Notes: generated by a model not told the origin, from the letters alone. Positions 9,081 through 18,635 are shown, counted from the first letter of the stretch. The stretch is 64,000 nt of DNA from an uncultured Acidobacteriaceae bacterium (GCA_963827765.1 CAWHBX010000002.1:912684-976683), one strand, 5' to 3'. Program-made: numbers and translations.

Positions 9081-10286
9081 ATGAAGAGATCCAATGATTG
9101 CTCGATGGCTCGCAGAGCTGTTCTTCTTCTATTCGCGGCACTAAGTTTCTGGGCTGGGATTGGCTGCCACAGGCGAGCGCTTTCACCCTTTGAAAAACTT
9201 AATGCGGAGGCAGTCCGAAACAATCCCGAAGGCCTCAGGGTCGAACTTCGAACGCGGGACGGAAAATCGACGTATCACCTCTACGAGAACATTCCCATTG
9301 ATCTGATCTTTAGCAGTTCGCAGCCGGCCACATATTCAATCGAGCTTTCGGAAGGTATGAATGCTGCTGGTGGCACGAACCGCTTTTTGGTAGAGCCGAC
9401 GGACACCGTCTTCGAAAACAAGATGGGTCCTTACGGCATGATTTGCTGCGGCTCAGATCGTCCGTACCTCAGGTATGGACCCACCGTTTTGCATCGAGAT
9501 CTCACCAACTTTATCCGTTTTGAGAAACCAGGTCGGTATCAGGTTTTCTATAGCACCCGTCGAGTCTTTCGAGAGAAGACTAACTCGGGCTCCAAAGATG
9601 GCTACCACGAACAAAGTAAATTGACCGCTACGTCGAACCTCCTCACTTTGACGATACTTCCCGACGATCCGCAGTGGGACGCGAGGCGATTGAGTGAGAT
9701 CCTTGGTCAAATGAACGATCCCGAGATTCGCGCAGCACACGACCGGGCGATGGCCGCCGTTAACCGAGGGTACCTCTTAGCAGCCGATCTCGCTTGGCTG
9801 AATGAACTTCCAGAAACAGAATTTGAGCGGGCACGCACCGCGCTACAGGCCCTAGACTCGGAGGAGGCAATCGAGCAACGGGTAATGCTGATTCCAAAAC
9901 TCACGCGACACAGCTACACCAACTCCGAGTCAATCACTTCCACTACCCGACCGGACCGAATGTTCTTGGCGATGCAGAAACGAGCCGGGCAGACAGACTT
10001 TGGCATCGACTATAACTACGTCGCTTGCTGGGCCGCAGTGCTGGCGAAGCGAGATCATCCAGAACTCTTGCGCCCGACACGGAACGAAGAATTTCGAAAA
10101 CAAAGGACGATTTTGTACGCACAAGCTCGGGGCGTTGCGACGCAGCAAATTCTCCAATTACTGGAAGCATCAGTTTCGCAAAAGAATCGAACGGCCAAAG
10201 CCATAACCCAGCAGACGATCCAAGATTTGAGGCGCGATCAGAGACAGGTGACAAAGGCATTGTCGTCTGAGGATGTACCCAAATAG
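9081..10286 (+). CDS. Hypothetical lipoprotein, no recognised family, in a lower-GC segment
   Basis: Signal peptide with a lipobox-like GIGC. Long clean ORF. Spot counts of GC are lower than in the flanks. Confidence 0.55.
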   Translation: MKRSNDCSMARRAVLLLFAALSFWAGIGCHRRALSPFEKLNAEAVRNNPEGLRVELRTRDGKSTYHLYENIPIDLIFSSSQPATYSIELSEGMNAAGGTNRFLVEPTDTVFENKMGPYGMICCGSDRPYLRYGPTVLHRDLTNFIRFEKPGRYQVFYSTRRVFREKTNSGSKDGYHEQSKLTATSNLLTLTILPDDPQWDARRLSEILGQMNDPEIRAAHDRAMAAVNRGYLLAADLAWLNELPETEFERARTALQALDSEEAIEQRVMLIPKLTRHSYTNSESITSTTRPDRMFLAMQKRAGQTDFGIDYNYVACWAAVLAKRDHPELLRPTRNEEFRKQRTILYAQARGVATQQILQLLEASVSQKNRTAKAITQQTIQDLRRDQRQVTKALSSEDVPK

Positions 10287-10469
10287 ACCGTTTTGATGTG
10301 GGGCCATGCAATCGGCTGGGTCAATGCCAGTGGTTGTTGAAAAATCGCGATATCACTCACAACTCCGGAATCGGCTCGTCACTGGGCGGATAGCTGGCAA
10401 CTCGGAAACTGCCCCACTATTGGTTTGACCGCGAATTGAGCAGTTCGTACACTACTAGCTTATCCATCT

Positions 10470-12002
10470 ATGTCTGAGATCGGAAGCGGTTTCCCGGGAC
10501 AATGCGTTCGGCTTGTTTTTGCTGTGGGCCTGGCAGTTGTGGTGGTGGCGCATGGCTGGGCACAGAATCGGCCGCCAGTTTCTTTGGAAACCAGCGAGGC
10601 TTTGTTCACGGTGCTGACCGCGATCAACACCTGCGGGTATGACCAGGAGTTGAGCGCATCCGATCCGCTGCGCGCGCAGATCCGGTCGGAAGTTGGCAAG
10701 GCAGTGGAGAATACGGCGGGAGCGCAGGATGTGATCGGTCCGATGTGCGCGTTCTACCGGCAGCACATGGCGACGGAGCCTACGCGCGACTTGAGTCAGT
10801 ATGTATCGCTGGCGCTGTATCTGGGAGAGTCGCCGGCTTTCGCGCTCAAAGTGAAGCAGGCGGAACTGCCACCCGATGCCGCGCCGTTGGCGGAAATGGT
10901 GCCGCTCATACAGGCCTTCTATCAGAAGATCGGCTTGCACGCGATCTGGGAGCGGCATCGCGGGCGCTATACGGAATTGATGGAGATCTATCACGTTCCG
11001 CTGGCGAAGATGACTTTCGACACCGAGATCTATCTGAAGATGCCGTCGGCGGGTTACCTGGGACGGCAGTTCACGGTGTATCTGGATGCGATGGGCGCGC
11101 CGGGGCAGACCAACGCGCGCAACTATGCGTCGGATTACTACGTCGTGATTTCACCGACCTCGGGGACCGCGATCAAGCTGCAGCAGATCCGGCATACTTA
11201 TCTGCACTATCTTCTGGATCCGCTGGCGCTGAAGAACGGGGACTCGTTCAAGCGGCTGGAACCGTTGCTCGAAGATGTGAAAGGGGCCCCGATGGATGAG
11301 GCCTTCAAGAGCAATATCTCGCTGTTGGTGACGGAGTGCCTGATACGGGCGGTCGAAGAACGATTGAACAAAACGGCGGAGGCGGAGCGGGGCAAGGACT
11401 TGGACGAAGCCGACAAGGAAGGATACGTACTGACGCGCTATTTCTACGAGGCGCTGGGGAAGTTCGAAAGAGATCCGGCTGGCATGCGCAACGCGTATTC
11501 GGATCTGGTGGGGTCGATCGACGTAGGGAAGGAAATGAAGCGGGCGTCGTTGATCCAGTACTCGGGGGAGGCGGCGCCGGAACTGCTGCACCTGGCGGGC
11601 AACCGGGACGAGCACCTGCTGCTGAACGCGGAGCGGCGGCTGGCGGCGGGCGACCCGGAAACGGCGCAGAAACTGGCGCAGGAGGCACTCGACCATCAGG
11701 AAGAAGATGCGGGGCGGGCACTATTTATATTGGCGGAAGTGGCCACCGCAAACCGGGACATGGAAGGAGCGCGCGCGTACTTTGAACGAGCGCTCGGGAT
11801 GACGCATGAACCGAAAGTGATTGCGTGGTCGCATATTTATCTGGGACGGATTTTCGATTTAAAGGAAGACCGGTTTGCCGCCCTGAACCACTATCGGGCG
11901 GCGCTGGATGCGGCGGGGGAAACGGTCCCGGAAGCGAAATTGGCGGCGCAAAAGGGGATGGACCAGCCGTATGAGCCTCCGGTGGCGAAGCAGCCGGAAT
12001 AA
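10470..12002 (+). CDS. Hypothetical secreted protein with C-terminal TPR repeats
   Basis: N-terminal signal-like hydrophobic segment. The C-terminal segments ARAYFERALGM and ALNHYRAALDAAGE are TPR-like. Confidence 0.6.
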   Translation: MSEIGSGFPGQCVRLVFAVGLAVVVVAHGWAQNRPPVSLETSEALFTVLTAINTCGYDQELSASDPLRAQIRSEVGKAVENTAGAQDVIGPMCAFYRQHMATEPTRDLSQYVSLALYLGESPAFALKVKQAELPPDAAPLAEMVPLIQAFYQKIGLHAIWERHRGRYTELMEIYHVPLAKMTFDTEIYLKMPSAGYLGRQFTVYLDAMGAPGQTNARNYASDYYVVISPTSGTAIKLQQIRHTYLHYLLDPLALKNGDSFKRLEPLLEDVKGAPMDEAFKSNISLLVTECLIRAVEERLNKTAEAERGKDLDEADKEGYVLTRYFYEALGKFERDPAGMRNAYSDLVGSIDVGKEMKRASLIQYSGEAAPELLHLAGNRDEHLLLNAERRLAAGDPETAQKLAQEALDHQEEDAGRALFILAEVATANRDMEGARAYFERALGMTHEPKVIAWSHIYLGRIFDLKEDRFAALNHYRAALDAAGETVPEAKLAAQKGMDQPYEPPVAKQPE

Positions 12003-12130
12003 AGCAGGTTGCGCGGGCTGCGGTGCGACCGATCTACGAACTTGGCGAGCTGTGCTCGCTGGACAGCCGAGGGTGGCTGTCGCTAAGTAATAACATCCGA
12101 TGTCTAAAATCTTGCGTTAGGAGAGACAGC

Positions 12131-13078
12131 ATGAAACGAACAGCAGTTATTGTAGGGATATTGAGTTTAGTGATACTGAGTGCCGCGGTTTGGGCCGAGG
12201 CCCAAAACAGCGGACAACCGGCGCAGAAGAATCCTGCGGCAGCGGGTCAGGCGGCGCCAGCGCAGGGTGCAACTCCGGGTGCAGCGGCGGTGCCTGCGGC
12301 GAAACGGCCACCGCAAGCCAAGAGCCAGCCGGAGTTCGATGCCTGGAAGGCGGCGGCAGCCAATACCGATCCGGCCGCGCTGGAGAAGGCGGCTGACGAT
12401 TTTGCCGTCAAGTTTCCGGACAGTGAACTTCGCATTCTGCTCTATAAGAATGCGATGCGCCTCTACCAGAGTGCCAACAACGCGGAGAAAGCCGAGGCCA
12501 TGGGCCGCAAGGTGCTCGGCCTTGATGGAGACGATCCCGAGGCTTTGACGATTGTCGCGGAGGTGCTCGCCGAGAGAACGCACGACACGGACCTCGACAA
12601 AGATCAGCGCTACGCCGAAGCGATCTCGATGTCGCAGAAGGCCACCGAGACCGTGGACACCGACATTCAAACGCCAACGGGCACGCCGCAGGACAAGATC
12701 GACGCCTATAAATCGCTGCTGCGCTCGAACGCGTATTCGATCCTGGGCGCCATTGAATTCAAGAAAGAAGATTACGCAAAGGCGCAGGAGGACCTGCAGA
12801 AGTCAATCGACGCGTTTCCCAGCAGTCCGGATCCGGTGGTTGTTCTCCGTTTGACGCTGGCGATCGACAAGCAGGCGACTGCGGCTAGCGATCGAGATAA
12901 GCAGGAGAAGTTGTATGCGGAGGCGCTCAAGGTGGCGAACCGCGCCGTGGAATTGACGCAGGACAACACCGCGATTGGGGACACGGCGCGCAAGGAGCGC
13001 AAACGCCTGCAAGATCTCACAAGAAGCGCGGCCCCGGCCCCAGCGTCGGCCCAACCGCAGACTACGCCAAAGAACTAA
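12131..13078 (+). CDS. Hypothetical secreted TPR-like protein
   Basis: Start at MKRTAVIVGILSLVILSAAVWA, preceded by aggagag. Ala/Pro/Gln-rich linker followed by a helical-repeat-like region. Confidence 0.6.
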   Translation: MKRTAVIVGILSLVILSAAVWAEAQNSGQPAQKNPAAAGQAAPAQGATPGAAAVPAAKRPPQAKSQPEFDAWKAAAANTDPAALEKAADDFAVKFPDSELRILLYKNAMRLYQSANNAEKAEAMGRKVLGLDGDDPEALTIVAEVLAERTHDTDLDKDQRYAEAISMSQKATETVDTDIQTPTGTPQDKIDAYKSLLRSNAYSILGAIEFKKEDYAKAQEDLQKSIDAFPSSPDPVVVLRLTLAIDKQATAASDRDKQEKLYAEALKVANRAVELTQDNTAIGDTARKERKRLQDLTRSAAPAPASAQPQTTPKN

Positions 13079-13273
13079 CCGCAACTCCTGTAGAGACGAG
13101 GCTGGCCTCGTCTCAGGTTGCGGAAGAATGAATCGAGGGAGCAGAAGCACATCTAAGGCGCGAGTACATGATCAGCGCCTTAGCGGCACGAGTGAACTCG
13201 TGCCCTTTCCCTTTTCGCAATGAAGTTTGGGTTTTTCAGGAGTCTGAGACGCGGCCAGCCGTGTCCTTACCAA

Positions 13274-14062
13274 ATGAAGTCACGCGAAATCATGGCGCTG
13301 GAAGAAAGCCTGGGTCACCACTTCCAGCGCCGGGAACTGCTGGAGCAGGCGCTGACCCACAGCTCGCAAGCGCGCGAGGTGGAGGCGCTGTGCGGGGGCC
13401 CCGGTGCGTCCGCGAGTAGCGTGCCCGGCGGCGACAACGAAATGATGGAGTTTCTGGGAGACGCAGTGCTGGGGCTGGCCACGAGCGAGGCGCTGTTCCA
13501 TCGCTTCCCGGAATTTCAGGAAGGGCATCTTTCGAAACTGCGGGCCCATCTGGTCGGGCAACGGCATCTGCTGCGGGTGGCCGAGCAGTTGCAGATTGGT
13601 CATTACATGCGTCTGGGCCGCGGCGAAGAAAAAAGCGGTGGCCGCAACAAGGCAAGCCTGCTGGTGGACGCGCTGGAAGCGGTCCTGGCGGCGCTCTATC
13701 TCGACGGCGGGTGGCCGGTGGCGCAAGACTTTATCGTGCGCACGATTGTGGAACCGGAACTGGCGCACATGAAACTCGAGACGAGTGCGATGCCGGTGAT
13801 GGATTTCAAGTCGGCGTTGCAGGAAGCGCAGCAGGCCCGAGGAGGGCCGCAGCCGGTATACGCGCTGGTGAAGGAAGAAGGACCGGAACACAAGAAAACG
13901 TTTACGGTGGAGGTGAGATTGCCAGCGCCGGAACTGGGGCAAATCGTGGGGCGCGCGCAGGGTGCGACAAAAAAACGGGCCGAGCAAGAAGCGGCGCGGC
14001 AAGTTCTGGAGCGCTTGGCCGAGTTGCCCGGAGCGCGGGAGGCGAAGGGCGGCGGAGCGTAG
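13274..14062 (+). CDS. rnc: Ribonuclease III
   Basis: LEQALTHSS and the NEMMEFLGDAVLGL signature are present, with a C-terminal dsRBD (KKTFTVEV...GATKKRAEQEAARQVLE). The start is uncertain (13220, 13274 or 13292). Confidence 0.9.
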   Translation: MKSREIMALEESLGHHFQRRELLEQALTHSSQAREVEALCGGPGASASSVPGGDNEMMEFLGDAVLGLATSEALFHRFPEFQEGHLSKLRAHLVGQRHLLRVAEQLQIGHYMRLGRGEEKSGGRNKASLLVDALEAVLAALYLDGGWPVAQDFIVRTIVEPELAHMKLETSAMPVMDFKSALQEAQQARGGPQPVYALVKEEGPEHKKTFTVEVRLPAPELGQIVGRAQGATKKRAEQEAARQVLERLAELPGAREAKGGGA

Positions 14063-14287
14063 GAACCCGTCATTCTTAAGTACGGTTCGTATCAGGGCAT
14101 GCCTTCAGGTATGCCGCAAGGTGCAGCGTGATTAGCGCGCCTTCAGCGCTGGGGCCGGAGATGGAAGTTGCGCAGCCCCTAAAGCGGCATCTGATTTCGA
14201 AGAACTTTCGGCATCGCTAAAGCGATGCCCCGATACGAAGCGCGACCTGGCTGAAGCCATGTTCCTTCAAAACTATCTGTCGTAGTT

Positions 14288-15043
14288 ATGTCATGGGGCG
14301 GAAAAATTTGCGTTGGGGATTGGCCTGCAACCGTGCAGTCGGTTGTGGGAACGATCGTGGTCGCGGTTTTTGCGGTCAGCTTTCTGGTGCAGGCGTTCAC
14401 CATCCCTTCGGGATCGATGGAGCACACGCTGCTGACTGGCGACTACGTGCTGGTGGATAAGTTATGTTACGGCGAGAGCGCCGGGAACCGCCTGTTGCGC
14501 CTTCTGCCCTATCGCAAGGTCGGGCGCGGTGACATCATCGTCTTCCATTATCCCGTGAATCCGGCGCAGGATTTCGTGAAGCGCGTGGTGGCCGTGCCCG
14601 GAGACCGGCTGCGCCTCATCAACAAACGCGTGTACATCAACGGCGCTGCGGTCGAGGAGCCTTACGCGCAGCATATCACTACGCTGCGCAATCGCTATCG
14701 CGACGACTTTCCGCAGACCGGATCTCCCGACTACGCAGTGGATGCGCGGTGGTGGAAGGAAATGCCAAAGCTGGTGGAAGACCACCAACTAATTATTCCC
14801 GAGGGCCACTATTTTGTAATGGGTGACAATCGCGACGACAGCCAGGACAGCCGCTACTGGGGATTCGTGCCGCGCGAAAATATTATAGGGAGGCCGCTCT
14901 TGATTTACTGGTCGTCGGGCAATTTGAGCGACGATCTTCCCGGAGCGCCCAGCGTGGGCGAGAGACTTTATCACCTTGCCTACGCGGTGACGCATGTGTA
15001 CCAGATCACGCGCTGGGAACGGACTTTCAGGCTGGTGCGCTGA
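14288..15043 (+). CDS. lepB: Signal peptidase I
   Basis: IPSGSMEHTLLTGDYVLVDK and GDNRDDSQDSRYWGFVPRENIIGRP are present. Confidence 0.9.
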   Translation: MSWGGKICVGDWPATVQSVVGTIVVAVFAVSFLVQAFTIPSGSMEHTLLTGDYVLVDKLCYGESAGNRLLRLLPYRKVGRGDIIVFHYPVNPAQDFVKRVVAVPGDRLRLINKRVYINGAAVEEPYAQHITTLRNRYRDDFPQTGSPDYAVDARWWKEMPKLVEDHQLIIPEGHYFVMGDNRDDSQDSRYWGFVPRENIIGRPLLIYWSSGNLSDDLPGAPSVGERLYHLAYAVTHVYQITRWERTFRLVR

Positions 15044-15077
15044 TGAACGCGCGCTGAGAATAAATTTTCAGAAACGG

Positions 15078-15863
15078 ATGGAAAACGTGCCGAAAAAAGA
15101 AAAAGAAGAAGTGGTGGAGGAAAAGCCGCGCGAGACGACGGTGGAATTCCTGGCGTCGCTGGCGGGAGTGCTGGTCACGGGCCTGTTCATTATCACGTTT
15201 GTGCTGCAGGCGTTTGAGATCCCATCGAGTTCGATGGAGAACACGCTGCTCATCGGCGACCACGTTTTCGTGAACCGCGAGCAGTTCGCGCCGCCGACAC
15301 GCTGGATGGGGCGGCTGATGCCGTATCGCGACATCCGGCGCGGCGACATTGTGGTGTTTCTTTCGCCGGAGGAACAAGGTCTGTTTGTGGTGAAACGGAT
15401 CATGGGCATTCCCGGCGACCGCATTCATCTGCGAGATGGCATCGTCTATCGCAACGGGGAAAAACTGGTTGAACCGTACGTCCAGCACAAACTGGAGGAT
15501 TACAATCCCTACCGCGACAATTTCCCCGCGGTGCAGCCTTCGGAGACGTATGGGGTGCGAAACGAAAAATGGACCGAGGAGTTGCCTTCGCATCTGGAGG
15601 GCGGCGACATCGTCGTTCCCGCGGACGGTTATTTTGCCATGGGTGACAATCGCGACGTGAGTTACGACAGCCGTTACTGGGGCTTTATTCCGCGGAAGAA
15701 CGTGATTGGGCGGCCCATGTTCATCTACTGGTCGTTCGACACTCCGCCCGACCAGTGGCAGATGCGCGCTTGGAGCGACCGGGTGGACTTTCTGGTGAAG
15801 CACATCATCTTTCACTTCTTCGATGAAACGCGCTGGTCGCGCACACTCAGGATCGTGCGGTGA
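15078..15863 (+). CDS. lepB: Signal peptidase I, second tandem paralog
   Basis: IPSSSMENTLLIGDHVFVNR and GDNRDVSYDSRYWGFIPRKNVIGRP are present. Start taken at MENVPKKEK. Confidence 0.9.
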   Translation: MENVPKKEKEEVVEEKPRETTVEFLASLAGVLVTGLFIITFVLQAFEIPSSSMENTLLIGDHVFVNREQFAPPTRWMGRLMPYRDIRRGDIVVFLSPEEQGLFVVKRIMGIPGDRIHLRDGIVYRNGEKLVEPYVQHKLEDYNPYRDNFPAVQPSETYGVRNEKWTEELPSHLEGGDIVVPADGYFAMGDNRDVSYDSRYWGFIPRKNVIGRPMFIYWSFDTPPDQWQMRAWSDRVDFLVKHIIFHFFDETRWSRTLRIVR

Positions 15864-18454
15864 AATTTCTTTTTTCCAGGCGCGGAATGGCTGCGGTCGC
15901 GGTCCTGGTGCTAGTCCTGTTTCTGTGGCGACCGGGCGTGTATCAGTTGCGCAGCCGGATCGCCGGTTCCATCGGAAGTGCGCTGGGACGCAGGGTCTCG
16001 CTCGACAATGTGAGTTTGCATTTTCTGCCGCGACCGGGCTTCGATCTTAAGGGGCTGGTCATCTACGACGATCCGGCATTTAGTGCGGAGCCGATGGTCC
16101 GGGCGCAGGAAGTTTCCGCCGCGATCCGGTTTCGTTCCCTGCTCCGCGGACGGCTGGAGATGGCCCGGCTGAGCGCTAGCGAGCCCAACATCAATCTGGT
16201 GCGCAACCACGAAGGACACTGGAACCTGGCCAGCCTGATCGAGCGCAACGCACGGATTCCCGCGGCTCCGACGGGAAAGCCGGCCTCCGAGCGGCGTCCC
16301 GTATTTCCCTACCTCGAAGCCAGCGGTGCCCGTATCAATTTCAAACTCGGACAGACGAAGAAGTCATTCGCGCTGATGGATGCCGATGTGGCGCTGTGGC
16401 AGGATTCGGAGAATTCCTGGAGTGCGCGCATGAAGGCCGAGCCCGTGCGTACGGACTTCAATCTCACCGATACGGGGCTGCTCCAGATCGACGCCACGTG
16501 GCAGCGGGCCCCGAGCTTGCAGTCGACCCCAGTGCGGATCGCGATGCAATGGAAGGATGGGCAACTGGGACAGATCACCCAATTGCTAAGCGGGAAAGAC
16601 CGGGGATGGCGCGGCGGGTTAAATTTCACCGCGAACCTTTCGGGCACTGCGGAAGCGCTGCGGGTGGAGAGCCGGACTGCAATCGAAGATTTCCGCCGCT
16701 ACGATATTGTTGGCAGCGAGAAGATGCGCCTCGGCGCCGCTTGCTCGGGACGGTACAACGCGCTCACAAGTACGGTTGCCGATCTGCTCTGTGAATCGCC
16801 GGTGAGCGGCGGCACTCTTCGCTTGCGCGGAACATTTGCCGCAAGCGCACAAACTCCCGTCTACGATCTGACGCTCGAAGTCGAGAAGGTGCCGCTAAGT
16901 TCCGTGGTTCGATGGTTGCGGCAGGTAAAAAAACAGATTCCCGGCGACCTCACGGCGAGTGGATTGCTGAATGCGGAGTTTCGCGCCACGCGCAACGGGC
17001 CTCCTGTTCCTGAGGACGCGCGGCTCCTTCTACTGGAACAATTCACCGGTACGGGCGCTGCGACCGATGTGCGTTTGTCGTCGAATGCAGGAAAGGATGA
17101 GGTTGTTTTCGGCACGATTCCGCTCACGCTGGTTTCACGGGCCATAACGGCAGGCGATTCGCAGGCGGGCAGGCACGGTCATGCGCGGACCGAAGAAAAA
17201 GATTTGGAACCCGCTGAAACTCACCTGCGGGTTGGGCAGGCCGCAGTAACGATGAATGCTGCCGCGCCGGTGAACGCCGGCGGCTGGATATCCGCTGACG
17301 GTTATCGTTTTTTTCTGCGCGGCGACATGGAACTGAAAAATCTGTTTCGTCTGGACGATCTTCTGGGCCTGGGGATGGCGCGTCCGGCGGCGGCAGGCGC
17401 GGCCAAGTTGGATGTGAGTGTCTCCGGGCCGTGGCAAGGATTTGTGCCTCCTGCAGCGCTTGGGACGGCGCAATTACGGAACGTGCGCGCCGAGATGCGC
17501 GGCTTGAACACGCCGATTGAGATTGGCTCTGCGACTATGTCTCTGACTGCGGATGCGGTGTTGATGCAGAAGATTTCCGCCCGCATCGGAAGCACGCATT
17601 GGAGCGGCGGGGTCACGGCGCCTCGGCAGTGCGCCGCTTCTGGCGCGGCCCCAAATTGCGTGTTTCAATTCGATCTCACCGCCGACCAGCTTTCGACGGG
17701 AGATCTCGCGGAATGGTTCACGCCGCATCCCAAAAAACATCCGTGGTACCGTATTTTGAATTTTGATTCCAATTCCAATAACACGCAGGGCTTTTCGCCG
17801 CTGCTCGCGATTGAGGCGCGTGGCAATCTGCAGGTTGACCGGTTCGGATTGAAGAAGATGTTGGCGACCGAGGTTGGGGCGCAAGCGGCGGTGGATGGAG
17901 GCAAGATTACGCTGACCGGCCTGCACGGACAGCTTTTGCAGGGCATGCATCAGGGAAACTGGACGATTGATTTGTCGAGTCAGCCGCCGCGGTACCAGGG
18001 CGGAGGCGCGTTGAAGAACATCTCGCTGGCACAGGTGGGCGCGTTGATGAACGATGCCTGGATTGCCGGAACGGCCGACGGGAGTTTGGCGCTGGATGGA
18101 TCCGGAGACAGCATTCGCGATTTACTGGCGCACTCCGATGGCCAGTTGAAGTTCACGATGCGGAACGGGAGCCTGCCTCACATTACAATTCCGGGCTCGT
18201 CGGGGCCTCTGCCGGTACACCGGTTCGCGGGAGAACTGCGCTTGAAAAAAGGCGCCTGGGAGCTATCTTCAGGGCGGCTGGAATCGCGCGACGGCATTTA
18301 CCGGATCGGCGGGACCGCATCCCCAGCTAGCGGTTTGGATTTTAGTTTGACGAATGGCAACGGGCAATCCTGGATGCTCAGCGGAACGCTCGCCAAACCG
18401 CAGGTCGCGCCGGCCGGTTGTGGGGAAGCCACTGCGAAGATTGTGAAACCGTAA
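15860..18454 (+). CDS. AsmA family protein
   Basis: N-terminal TM segment plus an AsmA-like start (GRRVSLDNVSLHFLPRPGFDLKGLVIYDDPAF...EPNINLVRNHEGHWNL). The GTG start overlaps the lepB stop. Confidence 0.75.
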   Translation: MKFLFSRRGMAAVAVLVLVLFLWRPGVYQLRSRIAGSIGSALGRRVSLDNVSLHFLPRPGFDLKGLVIYDDPAFSAEPMVRAQEVSAAIRFRSLLRGRLEMARLSASEPNINLVRNHEGHWNLASLIERNARIPAAPTGKPASERRPVFPYLEASGARINFKLGQTKKSFALMDADVALWQDSENSWSARMKAEPVRTDFNLTDTGLLQIDATWQRAPSLQSTPVRIAMQWKDGQLGQITQLLSGKDRGWRGGLNFTANLSGTAEALRVESRTAIEDFRRYDIVGSEKMRLGAACSGRYNALTSTVADLLCESPVSGGTLRLRGTFAASAQTPVYDLTLEVEKVPLSSVVRWLRQVKKQIPGDLTASGLLNAEFRATRNGPPVPEDARLLLLEQFTGTGAATDVRLSSNAGKDEVVFGTIPLTLVSRAITAGDSQAGRHGHARTEEKDLEPAETHLRVGQAAVTMNAAAPVNAGGWISADGYRFFLRGDMELKNLFRLDDLLGLGMARPAAAGAAKLDVSVSGPWQGFVPPAALGTAQLRNVRAEMRGLNTPIEIGSATMSLTADAVLMQKISARIGSTHWSGGVTAPRQCAASGAAPNCVFQFDLTADQLSTGDLAEWFTPHPKKHPWYRILNFDSNSNNTQGFSPLLAIEARGNLQVDRFGLKKMLATEVGAQAAVDGGKITLTGLHGQLLQGMHQGNWTIDLSSQPPRYQGGGALKNISLAQVGALMNDAWIAGTADGSLALDGSGDSIRDLLAHSDGQLKFTMRNGSLPHITIPGSSGPLPVHRFAGELRLKKGAWELSSGRLESRDGIYRIGGTASPASGLDFSLTNGNGQSWMLSGTLAKPQVAPAGCGEATAKIVKP

Positions 18455-18490
18455 GACGCGGGGATCAGCTATCAGTTTTCAGTTGTCTGT

Positions 18491-18565
18491 GGAGGGATAG
18501 GCGTCTCGCGAGCCTGCCCTGAGCGCAGTCAAAGAGTTCCGCCGGGCGGGGACGCCCGGCTCTCC
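18491..18565. repeat. Structured GC-rich repeat (core gcgtctcgcgagcctgccctgagcg...cgggcggggacgcccgg), copy 1
   Basis: Near-identical to 26895-26979. Outer ggag/ctcc and inner ggcgtc/gacgcc can pair. Confidence 0.8.
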
Positions 18566-18635
18566 ACCGGCAATCGTGGATAGACCACAGTAATATTCAT
18601 GCGATCGCGATCCTAGTTTATCTATAATCCCCCCC

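Noticed and set aside
6707-10470. Search for an att-type direct repeat of the tRNA-Ser 3' end to delimit an island
   Set aside because: No convincing repeat of ggttcgaatccctcc was seen by eye in 6707-10470. Only a weak cgaaatccgaaccc is present near 8985. No island boundary is therefore claimed.
12023-12130. Upstream extension of the 12131-13078 ORF
   Set aside because: The internal ATG at 12131 has an SD (aggagag) and immediately precedes a signal peptide. The extension has no such features.
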